A stretch of 64,000 nt of DNA from an uncultured Clostridia bacterium (GCA_934757825.1 CAKVLP010000001.1:622869-686868), one strand, 5' to 3'; shown: positions 40,162 through 53,651, counted from the first letter of the stretch. The notes: a model not told the origin generated them from the sequence alone. Numbers and translations: made by a program.

Positions 40162-43100
40162 ATGTATAAAAAAGTAGATGCAAATTTAAATTTTCCAAAT
40201 GAGGAGCAAGAAGTACTTAATTTTTGGCGCGAAAACGACGTAAAAAAGCAGTGTATGTCGCGAAATATTGGCGCTAAGAGGTTTAATTTTTATGAGGGAC
40301 CTCCAACTGCAAACGGCGTTCCACATTCCGGTCACGTTTTGACAAGAGCACTAAAAGACGTTTTCACAAGATACAAATCAATGCAAGGATTTTTCGTGCC
40401 TCGAAAGGGTGGCTGGGACACTCACGGTCTTCCAGTAGAACTTTCGGTGGAAAAAGAACTGGGCATTTCTGGCAAACAACAAATCGAAGAATATGGCGTG
40501 GAGAAGTTTATAAAACGCTGTAAAGACGACGTTTGGAAATACGTAGATATTTGGAAAGAGTTTTCCGACCGTGTTGGATATTTTGTAAATATGGAAGACG
40601 ATTACTATGTGACTTATTATGATAATTATATCGAGAGCGTGTGGTGGGCTTTAAAAGAAATGGACAAAAAAGGGCTACTTTACAAGGGCTATAAGATTTT
40701 GCCTAGTTGCCCACGTTGCGGAACGGCACTTAGTTCGCACGAATTAGCGCAAGGATATGAAGACCGCAAAGACACCACAGTTGTTGCGAAATTTAAAAGC
40801 GTGGACGAGCCTGACACATACTTCCTTGCTTGGACAACAACTCCTTGGACACTTCCTTCCAACATCGCACTTTGCGTAAATGCAAACGAGGATTATGTAA
40901 AACTAAGCGCGTTTGGTGAAAAATATATCCTAGCAAAAGCACTTGTAGGTGCGCATTTTAAGGACGGGGAATACGAGATCCTTGACACCTTTAAGGGTAA
41001 AACATTAGAGTTTAAAAAATATGTTCCGCTATTTGACTTTGTTGGCGAAAAGGAGGCTAGCAAGGGCTATTACGTTACTTGCGACGATTATGTAACATTG
41101 ACCGACGGTACCGGAATTGTTCACATCGCCCCAGCATTTGGTGAGGACGACTCAAAAGTGGGTAGAAAATACAATCTTCCATTTATCCAATTGGTTAATA
41201 AGTATGGCAAATTCACCGAAAATTGCGGTAAATATGCTGGCGAGGACGTGTTTAGTAAAAACGACGAAATCGTAGAAGACTTGCGTGCTGTAGGAAAAGT
41301 GTTTAAATCCCAAAAACACGTGCATAGTTATCCACATTGCTGGCGCTGTCACAGCCCACTTATCTACTTTGCAAGAAGTAGTTGGTTTGTGAAAACCACC
41401 GCGCTAAGACACGATATGGTAAAAAATAACAACACAGTTAATTGGTTGCCAGATAGCGTTAAAAACGGACGTATGGGCAATTTCCTTGAAAACAACATAG
41501 ACTGGTGTTTAAGCCGTGACAGATATTGGGGTACACCGCTTCCAGTTTGGATGTGTGAATGTGGACATTATCACGTTATGGGGAGCAAGGCTGAATTAAA
41601 AGAACTTTGCCATGTTGATGGTGATATCGAACTTCATAAGCCATATGTTGATGCGCTTACTATGATTTGTCCAAAATGTGGCAAGCCTATGCACCGCGAG
41701 CCAGAAGTTATCGACTGTTGGTTTGATTCGGGAAGTATGCCATTTGCCCAACATCATTATCCTTTTGAAAATAGGGAATTATTTAAAGAGAGTTTCCCAG
41801 CACAGTTTATTTCCGAGGGAATTGACCAAACTCGTGGCTGGTTTTATGCGCTTCAAGCAATTTCCACAGCGCTATTTAACAAGAGCCCATATGAGACTTG
41901 TATTGCTAACGGAATGGTTGTGGACGAGCAGGGCAGAAAACTTAGTAAGAGCCTCGGAAACTATGTTCCACCTATGGAAATGCTTAGCAAGATGGGCGCC
42001 GACCCAGTAAGATGGACTTTCTATACTGGAAGCCAACCTTGGAACAACTTAATTTTGACCGAAAACACAGTAAGCGAAAGCCAGAAAAAATACTTTGGCA
42101 CACTTTGGAATACCTATGCTTTCTATGTGCTTTACGCTGACATTGATAATTTTGACCCTACAAAATATTCGCTTAAAGATTGCGAATTGTCGGTTATGGA
42201 CAAGTGGATTTTGAGCGAACTAAACAAACTTATTGAATATGTTTGTAGCGAACTTGATAAGTTCCATGTAACCGAGAGTAGTAGAGCAATGGAAGAGTTT
42301 GTTGACAAACTTTCCAATTGGTACGTAAGACTTTGCAGAAAGAGATATTGGGGCGAGGGATTTAGCGACGACAAAAAATCGGCATATATGACCCTTTACA
42401 CAGTGTTGTCTACTTACGCAAAATTATCGGCACCATTTACGCCATTTATGAGCGAAACAATTTATCAAAACATCGTGCGCCGATTTGACAAAAACGCCCC
42501 AGTGAGCGTGCATTTGAGTGATTATCCGGTGGCAGATAAAAAGATGATAGATAAGCGTCTTGACGAGCAAATGAATTTAGCGAGAGTATACACCGAACTT
42601 GGCAGAAGCGCTAGAAACTTGTCGGGAATCAAAAACCGTCAACCTCTTGGCGAGTTGTATTTGACGGACGCAAACAACAAGACCAATTTGCCAGCAAATA
42701 TTGTTCAAATTTTGAAAGATGAGTTGAATGTTAAGAAAGTTATGCAACACGAGGATTTGTCTAAGTTTGTAAATTACACCTTAAAACCACAACTAAAAAC
42801 AATTGGACCTAAATATGGCAAAAAACTTAACGCAATCCGCGAATTCTTGACAACTTGCAACGCAATGGAAGTTGTGAAAACAGTTGAGAGTGGCGAAGTA
42901 TTTAAGACCACAATCGACGGCGAAGAAGTAGAATTTGCAAAAGAGGATTTGCTAATAAGCGTAAGTCAAAAAGAGGGTTATGCGTCGGCTACCGACGGCA
43001 ATGTTGCTGTTATCCTTGACACACATTTGACCCAAGAACTTTTGGAAGAGGGCGTGTACCGCGAATTTGTAAGCAAAGTTCAAAACTTAAGAAAATCGTC

Positions 43101-43293
43101 GGGGTACGTTGTAACCGATAGGATTTATATTGAAATTAGCGGAGATAAGAGCGCGGAAGAAATTATCCTTAAATTTGCAAACCAGATAAAGCAAGACGTG
43201 TTGGCTCTTGATGTAAAAGTTGGCACGAAAGGCGAATTTAGCGAAGAATTTAACCTTAACGACAAAATGCTAAAAGTAGCAATCAGAAGGTAG
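40162..43293 (+). CDS. ileS: isoleucyl-tRNA synthetase, type 2 (long, eukaryote-like form)
   Basis: HIGH region PPTANGVPHSGH, KMSKS region KLSKSLGN, a CP1 editing insertion, and 1043 aa with the type-2 style N-terminus FNFYEGPPTANG. Confidence 0.93.
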   Translation: MYKKVDANLNFPNEEQEVLNFWRENDVKKQCMSRNIGAKRFNFYEGPPTANGVPHSGHVLTRALKDVFTRYKSMQGFFVPRKGGWDTHGLPVELSVEKELGISGKQQIEEYGVEKFIKRCKDDVWKYVDIWKEFSDRVGYFVNMEDDYYVTYYDNYIESVWWALKEMDKKGLLYKGYKILPSCPRCGTALSSHELAQGYEDRKDTTVVAKFKSVDEPDTYFLAWTTTPWTLPSNIALCVNANEDYVKLSAFGEKYILAKALVGAHFKDGEYEILDTFKGKTLEFKKYVPLFDFVGEKEASKGYYVTCDDYVTLTDGTGIVHIAPAFGEDDSKVGRKYNLPFIQLVNKYGKFTENCGKYAGEDVFSKNDEIVEDLRAVGKVFKSQKHVHSYPHCWRCHSPLIYFARSSWFVKTTALRHDMVKNNNTVNWLPDSVKNGRMGNFLENNIDWCLSRDRYWGTPLPVWMCECGHYHVMGSKAELKELCHVDGDIELHKPYVDALTMICPKCGKPMHREPEVIDCWFDSGSMPFAQHHYPFENRELFKESFPAQFISEGIDQTRGWFYALQAISTALFNKSPYETCIANGMVVDEQGRKLSKSLGNYVPPMEMLSKMGADPVRWTFYTGSQPWNNLILTENTVSESQKKYFGTLWNTYAFYVLYADIDNFDPTKYSLKDCELSVMDKWILSELNKLIEYVCSELDKFHVTESSRAMEEFVDKLSNWYVRLCRKRYWGEGFSDDKKSAYMTLYTVLSTYAKLSAPFTPFMSETIYQNIVRRFDKNAPVSVHLSDYPVADKKMIDKRLDEQMNLARVYTELGRSARNLSGIKNRQPLGELYLTDANNKTNLPANIVQILKDELNVKKVMQHEDLSKFVNYTLKPQLKTIGPKYGKKLNAIREFLTTCNAMEVVKTVESGEVFKTTIDGEEVEFAKEDLLISVSQKEGYASATDGNVAVILDTHLTQELLEEGVYREFVSKVQNLRKSSGYVVTDRIYIEISGDKSAEEIILKFANQIKQDVLALDVKVGTKGEFSEEFNLNDKMLKVAIRR

Positions 43294-43298
43294 TTTTT

Positions 43299-43985
43299 AT
43301 GGAAAAATTGAATGTTTTGTACGAGGACAATCACGTAATTGTTGTTTTGAAACCTCAAAATGTTCCCACACAAGAGGACGAGTCAAAAGACCTTGATATG
43401 CTAACAATGGTCAAAGACTACATTAAAGAAAAGTACAATAAGCCAGGCAATGTGTATGTTGGGTTGGTTCATAGACTTGATAGACCTACGGGTGGCGTTA
43501 TGGTTTTTGCAAAAACAAGCAAATCTGCGACACGCCTAAGCGAACAGGTTAAAAATAAAGAAATGACCAAAAAATACCTTGCAGTTACTGTAAAAGTACC
43601 TCAAAAAGAACAAGGAAAACTTGTAAACTACTTGCTTAAAAACCCTAAAACAAACACAGTTTCAGTTGTTCCACAACTTACAAGTGGCGCAAAACTAGCC
43701 GAACTTGAATACAAAGTGCTAGACTCGGTTAATGATAGGGCACTAGTGGAAGTAAACTTATTTACAGGCAGAAGCCACCAAATAAGGGTGCAATTCAAGC
43801 ATATCGGTTGCCCACTTGTGGGAGATGCTAGATATGGCGAGTCTACTCCAAACAAAAAACTTGCTCTTTGGGCATATTATCTAAAATTTACACATCCAAC
43901 AACTGGCAAAACACTTACTTTTAAAGTGTTCCCACCAGTAGAGGAAAGCCCTTGGGACAATTATAATTACACAAAACTTGTTTAA
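43299..43985 (+). CDS. RluA-family pseudouridine synthase (no S4 domain)
   Basis: HRLDRPTGGVMVFAKT catalytic Asp motif and GRSHQIRVQF. Confidence 0.85.
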   Translation: MEKLNVLYEDNHVIVVLKPQNVPTQEDESKDLDMLTMVKDYIKEKYNKPGNVYVGLVHRLDRPTGGVMVFAKTSKSATRLSEQVKNKEMTKKYLAVTVKVPQKEQGKLVNYLLKNPKTNTVSVVPQLTSGAKLAELEYKVLDSVNDRALVEVNLFTGRSHQIRVQFKHIGCPLVGDARYGESTPNKKLALWAYYLKFTHPTTGKTLTFKVFPPVEESPWDNYNYTKLV

Positions 43986-44011
43986 TGTTGATAAATTAAA
44001 ATATGGTAATT

Positions 44012-44045
44012 AAAAAAATACTGCGGACACCCGCAGTATTTTTTA
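44012..44045 (+). terminator. rho-independent terminator
   Basis: ATACTGCGG-ACAC-CCGCAGTAT plus a T-run. Confidence 0.85.
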
Positions 44046-44214
44046 TATCTAATATATTTTAGTATATGCTATAATAACTTATAATAGTTATAAACGCTCT
44101 GCAAAATAGAAAAGGGAAGTTTAGTATCCTTGTGTGGCTAATTATGTATGTAAAATCGTTTTTCAAAAATTTAGCGCGTTGTATAATTTATCATTATTAT
44201 GAATAAAAATGCAA

Positions 44215-46060
<1,846 letters not shown>

Positions 46061-46200
46061 ATTTTTCTCCTATATTAAATATTTATATTTATTTAAGCAA
46101 AACGCGGTTACAAAATCGTAAGAAATTTGCAATATTTCGCGACCTTAAAAAATATATTTATATTAGTATAAAATCCGCAAAAGGAGAAAAGCAAATTTGT

Positions 46201-46992
46201 ATGCCAAAAACTTTTTCTAAGAACTATGCAAACCGCAAAAAAACCTCTAAATTTAGGACGTTTTTAAGGGTTTTATTGTGGATACTAATAGCCGTGGTTA
46301 TTTTATTCGTCGGGCGATTTATGGCGGACTTGCTTACCGGAAATATGGGCGGTATTGGTAGCGGTAGAGTAAAACTAAGCGGTGTGGAACTATATGTGCT
46401 ATCATTTGGCGAATTTGACGACCTAAACGAGGCGCAAGCGTGTGCTGTGTGGGTGGAAAACTCGGGCGGAGCGGGGTATCTATACAACACCGGCAAATAT
46501 ATGGTGGTGGGCAGAACCTATTTAAGCCTTTCGGACGCTCAAAAAGTGCAAGAAAACTTAGGAACACTAAGATATGACCCGAGTGTAATAACCCTTAAAG
46601 TTAAGAGTAAATCGCTAAAACTAAAAGGGCTAAATAATGCGGATAAAAAGGCGATTTTGAATGATTTGAATAGTATTAAAAATATCCTAACAAAAGTGGC
46701 AGAAATTGATGTCTCAATCGACCGAAACGGGCTTACTAACATCGGGGCAAGTAGCGCTCTTAACTCGCTAAAAACCGAAGTGAAAGAGATTAAAAACCAC
46801 ATTACACTTGTAAATCTAGAATACAAAAATGAAAACCTTAACAAGGTTGCAAGTTATTGTAGCGTAGTAGAGGACGCGCTTGATTTGGCAGTTAACAAAC
46901 TGCTTGTTTCTACGCAAGAAACCAGCGTTTGTAAATATTTGTTGTCGGAAATTGAGTTAAATTACTTTAATTTAGTAAAACAATGCAGTTAA
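46201..46992 (+). CDS. membrane-anchored protein with SPOR-like domain
   Basis: N-terminal TM (LLWILIAVVILFVG). YVLSFGEFDDLNEAQACAVWVENSGGAGYLYNTGKYMVVGRTYLSLSDAQKVQENL resembles the SPOR repeat pattern. Confidence 0.4.
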   Translation: MPKTFSKNYANRKKTSKFRTFLRVLLWILIAVVILFVGRFMADLLTGNMGGIGSGRVKLSGVELYVLSFGEFDDLNEAQACAVWVENSGGAGYLYNTGKYMVVGRTYLSLSDAQKVQENLGTLRYDPSVITLKVKSKSLKLKGLNNADKKAILNDLNSIKNILTKVAEIDVSIDRNGLTNIGASSALNSLKTEVKEIKNHITLVNLEYKNENLNKVASYCSVVEDALDLAVNKLLVSTQETSVCKYLLSEIELNYFNLVKQCS

Positions 46993-47031
46993 ATGTTTTG
47001 AATTTTAGAGAAAATGTTGTAATATACTGGT

Positions 47032-47571
47032 ATGAAATTCAAAGAGTATTTAAAAAATAATTGGGTTAGTGTTGTAATAAAATTGTCGATAATCGCTGTG
47101 TGTGTTGCTGTGGATTTGATTACGAAGTCTGTTATGGCAAACAAGTTTGGCGAGCGTTTTTCGGCTGGTGAATATGAAAACATCACTGTTATCAAAGGGC
47201 TACTTTCCTTTACATACACCGAAAATACGGGTGCTGCATTTAGTGTGTTTAGCAATAGCACGTTGGCGCTAGCAATCTTTTCGGCTTTGTTTATAATCGC
47301 GTTTGTTGCAATAGATTATAGCTTCAAAGACAAAAGTCCTCTTTCGGCAGTAGGGTGCGGGCTAATTTTGGCGGGCGCTTTTGGCAACCTTGTAGACAGA
47401 GTTTTCCTTCACTATGTCAGAGACTTTATTTCCTTTGACTTTTTGGGCAATTTCCCAATCTGCAACTTTGCGGACGTGTGCATAACGGTTGGCTGTGTGA
47501 TTTACGCTGTGTACTTTGTTGTGATTGCGATTAAAAACGCGAGGGCGAGCAAAAATGCAAATAACGTTTGA
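47032..47571 (+). CDS. lspA: lipoprotein signal peptidase II
   Basis: NTGAAFS, GNLVDR, and NFADV motifs with four TM segments. Confidence 0.9.
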   Translation: MKFKEYLKNNWVSVVIKLSIIAVCVAVDLITKSVMANKFGERFSAGEYENITVIKGLLSFTYTENTGAAFSVFSNSTLALAIFSALFIIAFVAIDYSFKDKSPLSAVGCGLILAGAFGNLVDRVFLHYVRDFISFDFLGNFPICNFADVCITVGCVIYAVYFVVIAIKNARASKNANNV

Positions 47572-48445
47572 TGATAGTCCAATAAGATTGGACATCTTTT
47601 TGCATGAAAAATACCCAGAACACACGCGGTCGTTTTTGAAAAATTTGATTGTGGGCGGAGAGGTGCTGGTTAATGGAAAGTCCGTAAAAGCGGGCTTTGA
47701 ACTAAAAAGCGGAGATGTGATAGATATTAACTTCCCAGAGCCAGTTTCCACAGAGATAAAGCCCGAGAAAATTGACCTTGACATTGTGTACGAAGACGAT
47801 TATTTCGCTGTTATAAATAAGCCTAAAAATATGGTCGTTCACCCAGCGGTTAAAAATTATTCTGGCACACTTGTAAATGCGTTGTTATATAACATTAAAG
47901 ACCTTAGCGGGATAAACGGCGTGGTTAGACCTGGGATTGTGCATAGGCTCGACAAAGACACAAGCGGGCTAATTGTAGTAGCCAAAAACGACTTTGCGCA
48001 CGTAGAACTTAGCAAAGAAATATCCACCAAAGAGTGTCGCAGAATATATAGGGCGGTGGTGGAAGGAAATCTAAAATCCGACACCGGCGAAGTGATTACA
48101 AATATTGCCCGCAGTAAGAAAAATAGGCTTAAAATGGCGGTTTCCGATGAGGGGAAATTGGCGCGCACCAAGTATAGGGTGCTAAATCATTTTAACAAAT
48201 TTGATTATGTGGAGTTTGAGTTAAAAACGGGCAGAACGCACCAGATAAGGGTGCACTGCGAGTATCTTCATCACCCAATTGTGGGCGACCAGTTGTATGG
48301 AAGCAAAACCGAAAAAATGTACAAGTATGGGCAGATGTTGCACGCCTACAAACTTATTTTGAGGCACCCAAAAACAAACGAGGTTATGAAGTTTACGGCG
48401 CCAATTCCTGCGTATATGCAAGACTTTATTGACTCTTTGCTTTGA
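47555..48445 (+). CDS. rluD: RluD-type 23S rRNA pseudouridine synthase (S4 domain + RluA catalytic domain)
   Basis: S4-like N-terminus (RLDIFL...GEVLVNGK), HRLDKDTSGLIVVAKN, GRTHQIRVH, and the conserved lspA-rluD pairing. Start set at ATG 47555. Confidence 0.9.
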   Translation: MQITFDDSPIRLDIFLHEKYPEHTRSFLKNLIVGGEVLVNGKSVKAGFELKSGDVIDINFPEPVSTEIKPEKIDLDIVYEDDYFAVINKPKNMVVHPAVKNYSGTLVNALLYNIKDLSGINGVVRPGIVHRLDKDTSGLIVVAKNDFAHVELSKEISTKECRRIYRAVVEGNLKSDTGEVITNIARSKKNRLKMAVSDEGKLARTKYRVLNHFNKFDYVEFELKTGRTHQIRVHCEYLHHPIVGDQLYGSKTEKMYKYGQMLHAYKLILRHPKTNEVMKFTAPIPAYMQDFIDSLL

Positions 48446-48489
48446 AAAAATCTAAAAATATGATATAATCATAATAGAGGTGATTGAGT

Positions 48490-48753
48490 ATGGGTAAAAA
48501 CAATGTTGGGCTTAGGGCTCTTACAAATATGTTTGCGTACATCGCGATTGTGCTTATTGCGGTGTCTTTGGTTTTGGGAAAACTAAACTTTGCTCCAAAT
48601 ATTTGCAATATTTTCAACAAAATTGCGGAGTATGTGGCGTATGCACTTGTAGGGTTTTCGTCGCTTTGTTATGTGCTAAGCAAACGCAGTATAATTAAGA
48701 AGATTATTTGGCTTGCAGCAGTTGTTACAATTGTTGTGATTGTGTTTATCTAA
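48490..48753 (+). CDS. small membrane protein, unknown function
   Basis: 87 aa with three hydrophobic segments. RBS AGAGG lies 9 nt upstream. Confidence 0.5.
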   Translation: MGKNNVGLRALTNMFAYIAIVLIAVSLVLGKLNFAPNICNIFNKIAEYVAYALVGFSSLCYVLSKRSIIKKIIWLAAVVTIVVIVFI

Positions 48754-48762
48754 CGGGGAAAT

Positions 48763-49110
48763 ATGAAGAAGTTTTTTTCTAACAAATTTAATGTGATTTT
48801 GATTGTCGCAATTGGGCTTAGTTTTTTGACCCTTGGGCTTTCCACTTTGGTGGATTTTTTCCTTCCAGTAGGGCTTATTGTGTCGGGGTTAACGTGCTTG
48901 TATGTTGCGTTTTTGCTCGGCAAAAAAGCGGTGGACAAGTCGCGCGGGAGTGTGACCGACTTTGTTGACCAAGACGACAAAATTGAAAAGAAAAAACAAT
49001 CCTTTTTGGAAAAGGAAAGTAGGGCCAACCTATATATTTCCATAAGCGGATTTTTGCTATTTGGAGTAATGCTTATATATTTTGCGTTTTCGACACTGAA
49101 AATGATGTAA
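48763..49110 (+). CDS. small membrane protein, unknown function
   Basis: 115 aa with hydrophobic segments at both ends. It follows the previous gene closely. Confidence 0.5.
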   Translation: MKKFFSNKFNVILIVAIGLSFLTLGLSTLVDFFLPVGLIVSGLTCLYVAFLLGKKAVDKSRGSVTDFVDQDDKIEKKKQSFLEKESRANLYISISGFLLFGVMLIYFAFSTLKMM

Positions 49111-49243
49111 AATTTGCCACATAGTGGCATTTTTTGTTGGCTACACAATAAATAAATTGATATTTTTTGGCATTTCAAATTGCTTAGAAGAGCAAATTGT
49201 GTTATACTTATGCCAGACTGAAATAGTTTTTAAGGAGAAACAA

Positions 49244-50521
49244 ATGAAATACGAATTAGCAAAAAAACCAAAAAACATTGTTGAACTTGAAGTAAGTTTG
49301 ACAGCAGAAGAGTGGAAAACAGAAGTTGATGAGGCGTACAACCGCACAAAAAATAAATATAGCGTAGACGGATTTAGAAAGGGCAAAGTTCCTAGAAAAG
49401 TAATTGAGGATATGTATGGTCCTAATGTATTTTTCGAAGAAGCATTGACCGAAGCATTCAGCAAAGCATACGACACAGTTTTAAAAAAGGAAAAGGATCT
49501 TGATCCTATTGACGCTCCCGACCTAAGCGTTAAAAAACTTGACGACAAGGGTGTTGTTATCCTTGCTAAAATCCCTGTAATGCCAGAAGTTACACTTGGC
49601 AAATACACAGGTTTTGGAATAAGCGTTGCACCTAAAAAAGTTACTGATAAAGACGTTAAGGCAGAACTAGAACACGTTCAGATGCACCACGCTCGTTTGA
49701 TTGAAAAAGACGGCGCTGTTGAAATGGGCGACACTGCTGATATCGACTTTGAGGGTTCGGTTGATGGCGTGCTATTCGAAGGTGGCAAGGCTAAAAACTA
49801 CGAGTTGGAAATTGGAAGCAAACAGTTTATTGACACATTTGAGGAACAACTTGTTGGCCTAAAAGCAGGCGAGAAAAAGGACGTTATCGTTAAGTTCCCA
49901 GAAGATTATCCAGCACCAGACCTTAAAGGTAAAACTGCAAAATTTGATGTTACTGTAAACGCTGTTAAGAGAAAAGAACTTCCTGCAATCGACGACGCAT
50001 TTGCTAGCGACGTAAGCGAATTTGAGACTTTGGAAGAATACAAAAACCACATCAAAGAGCATATGGAACACCACGCTGTTGAAAACGCAAAAATTGAGAC
50101 CGAAAACAAAATTATCGACGCTATCGTTAAGGAAGTTAAGGTTGATTTGCCAGACCAACTTGTAGAGCACGAACTTGACCATATTATGCAAGATATGGAA
50201 TATAGATTGATGTATCAAGGTTTAAAACTTGAAGATTATGCCAAATATCTAAACAAAACAGTTGACGAACTTAGAACCGAGAGAAAACGCGATGCTGAAA
50301 AGAGCCTAAAAATCCGTTTGGCAATGCAACAAATCTTGAAAAACGAAAAGATTGATGTAACAAAAGAAGAAGTTGATGCTAAGATTAAAGAAATGGCAAA
50401 AACTGCTCAAAAAACTATTAAGGAATACAAAGAGACTTTGACTGACGAGAGAATCAATTACATCAAAAACGACATTTTGATGGACAAATTGCTTACTTTC
50501 TTGGTTGAAAACAACAAATAA
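49244..50521 (+). CDS. tig: trigger factor
   Basis: ATG at 49244 follows [15 protein letters not shown] ribosome-binding signature, a central FKBP-like domain, and tig-clpP-clpX synteny. Confidence 0.93.
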   Translation: MKYELAKKPKNIVELEVSLTAEEWKTEVDEAYNRTKNKYSVDGFRKGKVPRKVIEDMYGPNVFFEEALTEAFSKAYDTVLKKEKDLDPIDAPDLSVKKLDDKGVVILAKIPVMPEVTLGKYTGFGISVAPKKVTDKDVKAELEHVQMHHARLIEKDGAVEMGDTADIDFEGSVDGVLFEGGKAKNYELEIGSKQFIDTFEEQLVGLKAGEKKDVIVKFPEDYPAPDLKGKTAKFDVTVNAVKRKELPAIDDAFASDVSEFETLEEYKNHIKEHMEHHAVENAKIETENKIIDAIVKEVKVDLPDQLVEHELDHIMQDMEYRLMYQGLKLEDYAKYLNKTVDELRTERKRDAEKSLKIRLAMQQILKNEKIDVTKEEVDAKIKEMAKTAQKTIKEYKETLTDERINYIKNDILMDKLLTFLVENNK

Positions 50522-50544
50522 TTGACAGATTAAGGAGAATACTT

Positions 50545-51126
50545 ATGTTAATTCCTATGGTCATCGACCAAACAACTAGGGGCGAGCGTAGTTATGATAT
50601 TTATAGCCGTTTGCTAGAAGACAGAATTGTGTTTGTTTCGGGCGAAATCAACGACGATATGGCAAACACAGTTGTTGCCCAACTTATATTTTTGGAGGCT
50701 AAGGACCCCAACAAGGATATAAGCCTATACATCAATAGTCCGGGCGGAAGCGTTACTGCTGGAATGGCAATATACGATACTATGAACTTTATTAAATGCG
50801 ACGTGTCCACGATTTGCATCGGAATGGCTGCGTCAATGGCATCGTTTTTGCTATCAAGTGGCGCTAAGGGCAAAAGGCTTATTTTGCCTAATAGCGAAGT
50901 TATGATTCATCAGCCACTTGGCGGAGCACAAGGTCAGGCTACTGACATTGTAATCACTGCAAACCATATTACAAAAATCAAAAACAATATGATAAAACTT
51001 TTGAGCGAAAATACTGGTCAACCTGTGGACAAGGTTGAAAAGGATATCGACCGAGATAATTATATGAGTGCGGAAGAAGCCGTTAAATACGGAATTGTAG
51101 ATAAGGTTATTGAAAAACGCACCTAA
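50545..51126 (+). CDS. clpP: ATP-dependent Clp protease proteolytic subunit
   Basis: [13 protein letters not shown], catalytic region GMAASMAS, and MIHQPLGG. Confidence 0.97.
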   Translation: MLIPMVIDQTTRGERSYDIYSRLLEDRIVFVSGEINDDMANTVVAQLIFLEAKDPNKDISLYINSPGGSVTAGMAIYDTMNFIKCDVSTICIGMAASMASFLLSSGAKGKRLILPNSEVMIHQPLGGAQGQATDIVITANHITKIKNNMIKLLSENTGQPVDKVEKDIDRDNYMSAEEAVKYGIVDKVIEKRT

Positions 51127-51169
51127 AAAAGTGCTGGGCAACCAGCATTTTTAAGTTAAGGAGACTTAT

Positions 51170-52426
51170 ATGAGTGAAAATTTAAATCAAACAAAATGCT
51201 CATTTTGTGGCACAATAGCGCACGACGGAATGGAAATGGTGGTTAGCCCCGACGGAAAATCGTATATTTGTTCCGATTGTGTTAAGACTTGCTCGGAAAT
51301 GTTTAATATGCAAAAAGGCGCCGAAGTAATCGATTTGCCATCGCCCGAGAAAATCAAGGAAATGCTAGACGAATACATTGTGGGGCAGGACGACGCTAAA
51401 AAGGTTTTGGCAGTTGCGGTGTACAACCACTACAAGCGCATAAACCACAACCTAAATAAAACAAGCGTTAAGGAAGACGGCATCGAACTTGATAAAAGCA
51501 ACGTTTTGCTTATTGGCCCTACCGGAACCGGCAAAACAATGATTGCCCGCACACTTGCAAAGATACTAAAAGTCCCTTTTGCACAAGCAGACGCGACAAC
51601 ACTAACCGAAGCGGGTTATGTGGGCGAAGATGTTGAGAATATCCTTTTGAAACTTATCCAAAACGCAAACTACGACATCGCAAGCGCTGAGCGTGGGATT
51701 ATCTACATCGATGAGATTGATAAAATTACCAAAAAAAGCGAAAATGTAAGTATTACGCGTGACGTGAGCGGAGAGGGTGTTCAGCAAGCGTTGTTGAAGA
51801 TTATAGAAGATACTACCGCGTCTGTTCCGCCTCAGGGTGGCAGAAAACACCCTCATCAAGAGTGTTTGCAGATAAATACCTCCAACATTTTGTTTATATG
51901 TGGCGGTGCTTTCGTTGGGCTAGACAAAATAATTGAAAGCCGTATCAACAACACTTCTCTTGGTTTCTCTGGCGAAGTGAAAAAAGAGAAAAATGCTAGC
52001 GCGTTTATAAAACAAATTCAGCCACACGACCTAATAAAATACGGTCTTATCCCAGAATTTGTGGGCAGACTTCCAATTGTGGTTGGATTAAACGAACTTG
52101 ACGAAAATGCGCTTGTAAAAATAATGAAAGAACCTAAAAATGCTCTTATTAAGCAATACAAAACGCTGTTTAAAATGGACAATGTTGATTTGGACTTCCA
52201 AAATAGCGCAATAAGATATATCGCAAAGAGGGCAATCACGCTTAACACTGGTGCGAGGGGATTAAGGACGATAATCGAAGAAAATATGCTTGACACTATG
52301 TACAAGGTTCCGTCCGATAGGTCGATTAAAAAAGTTATCATTAAAGCGGACGACGACAAACTGATTGTCGAAACTGTCAAAGCAGACGACACTCCTTGCC
52401 ACGAGAGTGATGAGAAATGTTCATAA
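51170..52426 (+). CDS. clpX: ATP-dependent Clp protease ATP-binding subunit ClpX
   Basis: Zinc-binding CSFCG...CSDC, Walker A GPTGTGKT, Walker [10 protein letters not shown], and GARGLR. Confidence 0.97.
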   Translation: MSENLNQTKCSFCGTIAHDGMEMVVSPDGKSYICSDCVKTCSEMFNMQKGAEVIDLPSPEKIKEMLDEYIVGQDDAKKVLAVAVYNHYKRINHNLNKTSVKEDGIELDKSNVLLIGPTGTGKTMIARTLAKILKVPFAQADATTLTEAGYVGEDVENILLKLIQNANYDIASAERGIIYIDEIDKITKKSENVSITRDVSGEGVQQALLKIIEDTTASVPPQGGRKHPHQECLQINTSNILFICGGAFVGLDKIIESRINNTSLGFSGEVKKEKNASAFIKQIQPHDLIKYGLIPEFVGRLPIVVGLNELDENALVKIMKEPKNALIKQYKTLFKMDNVDLDFQNSAIRYIAKRAITLNTGARGLRTIIEENMLDTMYKVPSDRSIKKVIIKADDDKLIVETVKADDTPCHESDEKCS

Positions 52427-52450
52427 AGCACGGAAAATCCGTGCTTTTTT
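52425..52450 (+). terminator. rho-independent terminator after clpX
   Basis: AAAGCACGG-AAAAT-CCGTGCTTT plus a T-run. Confidence 0.85.
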
Positions 52451-52567
52451 GCTACTTTGCATAGTAGTGTGAGCGATAAATAATATTGCGCAGTTAATGA
52501 CAAAACTAACCACAAATCATTTTGTAAAAACCCACTTTTGTGATATATTATTTTTGGAGAAAATATA

Positions 52568-53179
52568 ATGAAAATATCGTCGGCAAAATTTGTTACTAGC
52601 GTGGCAGATTCCAATTTAATAATGAACGATACTTTGCCACAAGTAGCATTCGTCGGCAGAAGCAATGTGGGCAAAAGTAGCCTTATAAATATGCTTGTTG
52701 GACAGAAAAAACTTGCAAAAACCAGCAGTATGGCGGGCAGAACACGGCTTATAAATTACTTTAAGGTAAATGAGGCGTTTTATTTTGTAGACCTTCCAGG
52801 ATATGGCTTTGCCAAAGCAAGCGCGCGCGAAATAGAGGGCTGGCAAGGCTTAATAGAGCCATATTTGGTGGACAATGAGAGGCTAAAAGTGGTGTGTATG
52901 CTAGTAGATGTAAGGCACGAACCAACCGACCTAGATAAGCAAATGTTTAAGTTTTTAAATTACTACAATATTCCTACGCTTATAATTGCGACCAAAAGCG
53001 ACAAGTTGTCGAAAGCCCAACTAAGTCGGGCAAAGTTGGTGGTTGCAAACGGTCTAGGCGTGGGCACTTCAAACGTGGTTTGCACAAGTAGTGAAGATGG
53101 CTATAATAAAGAGGAAGTGTTGTCGCGAATTGAGAAAATGTTAGAGGAGGGGGAGAATGGACAACAAAAAGTTGATTAA
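52568..53179 (+). CDS. engB: ribosome biogenesis GTPase EngB/YsxC
   Basis: G1 GRSNVGKSSLIN, G3 DLPGYG, G4 TKSDK. Located downstream of clpX as in Bacillus. Confidence 0.92.
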   Translation: MKISSAKFVTSVADSNLIMNDTLPQVAFVGRSNVGKSSLINMLVGQKKLAKTSSMAGRTRLINYFKVNEAFYFVDLPGYGFAKASAREIEGWQGLIEPYLVDNERLKVVCMLVDVRHEPTDLDKQMFKFLNYYNIPTLIIATKSDKLSKAQLSRAKLVVANGLGVGTSNVVCTSSEDGYNKEEVLSRIEKMLEEGENGQQKVD

Positions 53180-53651
53180 CATACTAAGTATGTTTGCGGT
53201 TTTTTTGGTAATCCCAATGATGTTTAGCACCTTTTTCGACGGTTATTCAATCGTGAGCAAGGGCGTGCAAACCAACGCACCATATCAGGTGTCGATTTTT
53301 GAATATCTTAATCAGCGCAGTGTGGTACTTACCTTTTCCTTTTTGTTTGCGCTTGTACTAATTCTTGCTGTTCTTGCCAACATCGTGTACACCATAAAAC
53401 TTACAATAAACAAGGAAAATGGCGGTGTTTTAAGGTTTTATTTTGCAATCTTTATTATGGTGAGCGCCATTCTAACCTTTGTGCTAACATTGGTGTTTTG
53501 CGTGTCGCACACCCAGTCGGACGGCAATTCCGCCCTTAACTACAACGTGGGTGGCTGTATGATTTTGATGCTTGTTTGCGGGCTTGTGATAGGCATTCTC
53601 AACCTTGTTTGCTATTTTCTTGCAAATAAAAAAAATAATGTCGAAAAATAA
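53157..53651 (+). CDS. hypothetical 4-TM membrane protein
   Basis: Overlaps the engB end. Four hydrophobic segments. Confidence 0.55.
   Translation: MDNKKLINILSMFAVFLVIPMMFSTFFDGYSIVSKGVQTNAPYQVSIFEYLNQRSVVLTFSFLFALVLILAVLANIVYTIKLTINKENGGVLRFYFAIFIMVSAILTFVLTLVFCVSHTQSDGNSALNYNVGGCMILMLVCGLVIGILNLVCYFLANKKNNVEK

Noticed and set aside
46061-46200. Search for a CIRCE/HrcA operator upstream of groES
   Set aside because: No inverted repeat resembling TTAGCACTC-N9-GAGTGCTAA is present. The absence is reported as a finding, not as a feature.
52018-52674. 218-aa minus-strand ORF
   Set aside because: It overlaps the well-supported clpX 3' end, its terminator and the engB start. There is no RBS and the sequence is junk-like.
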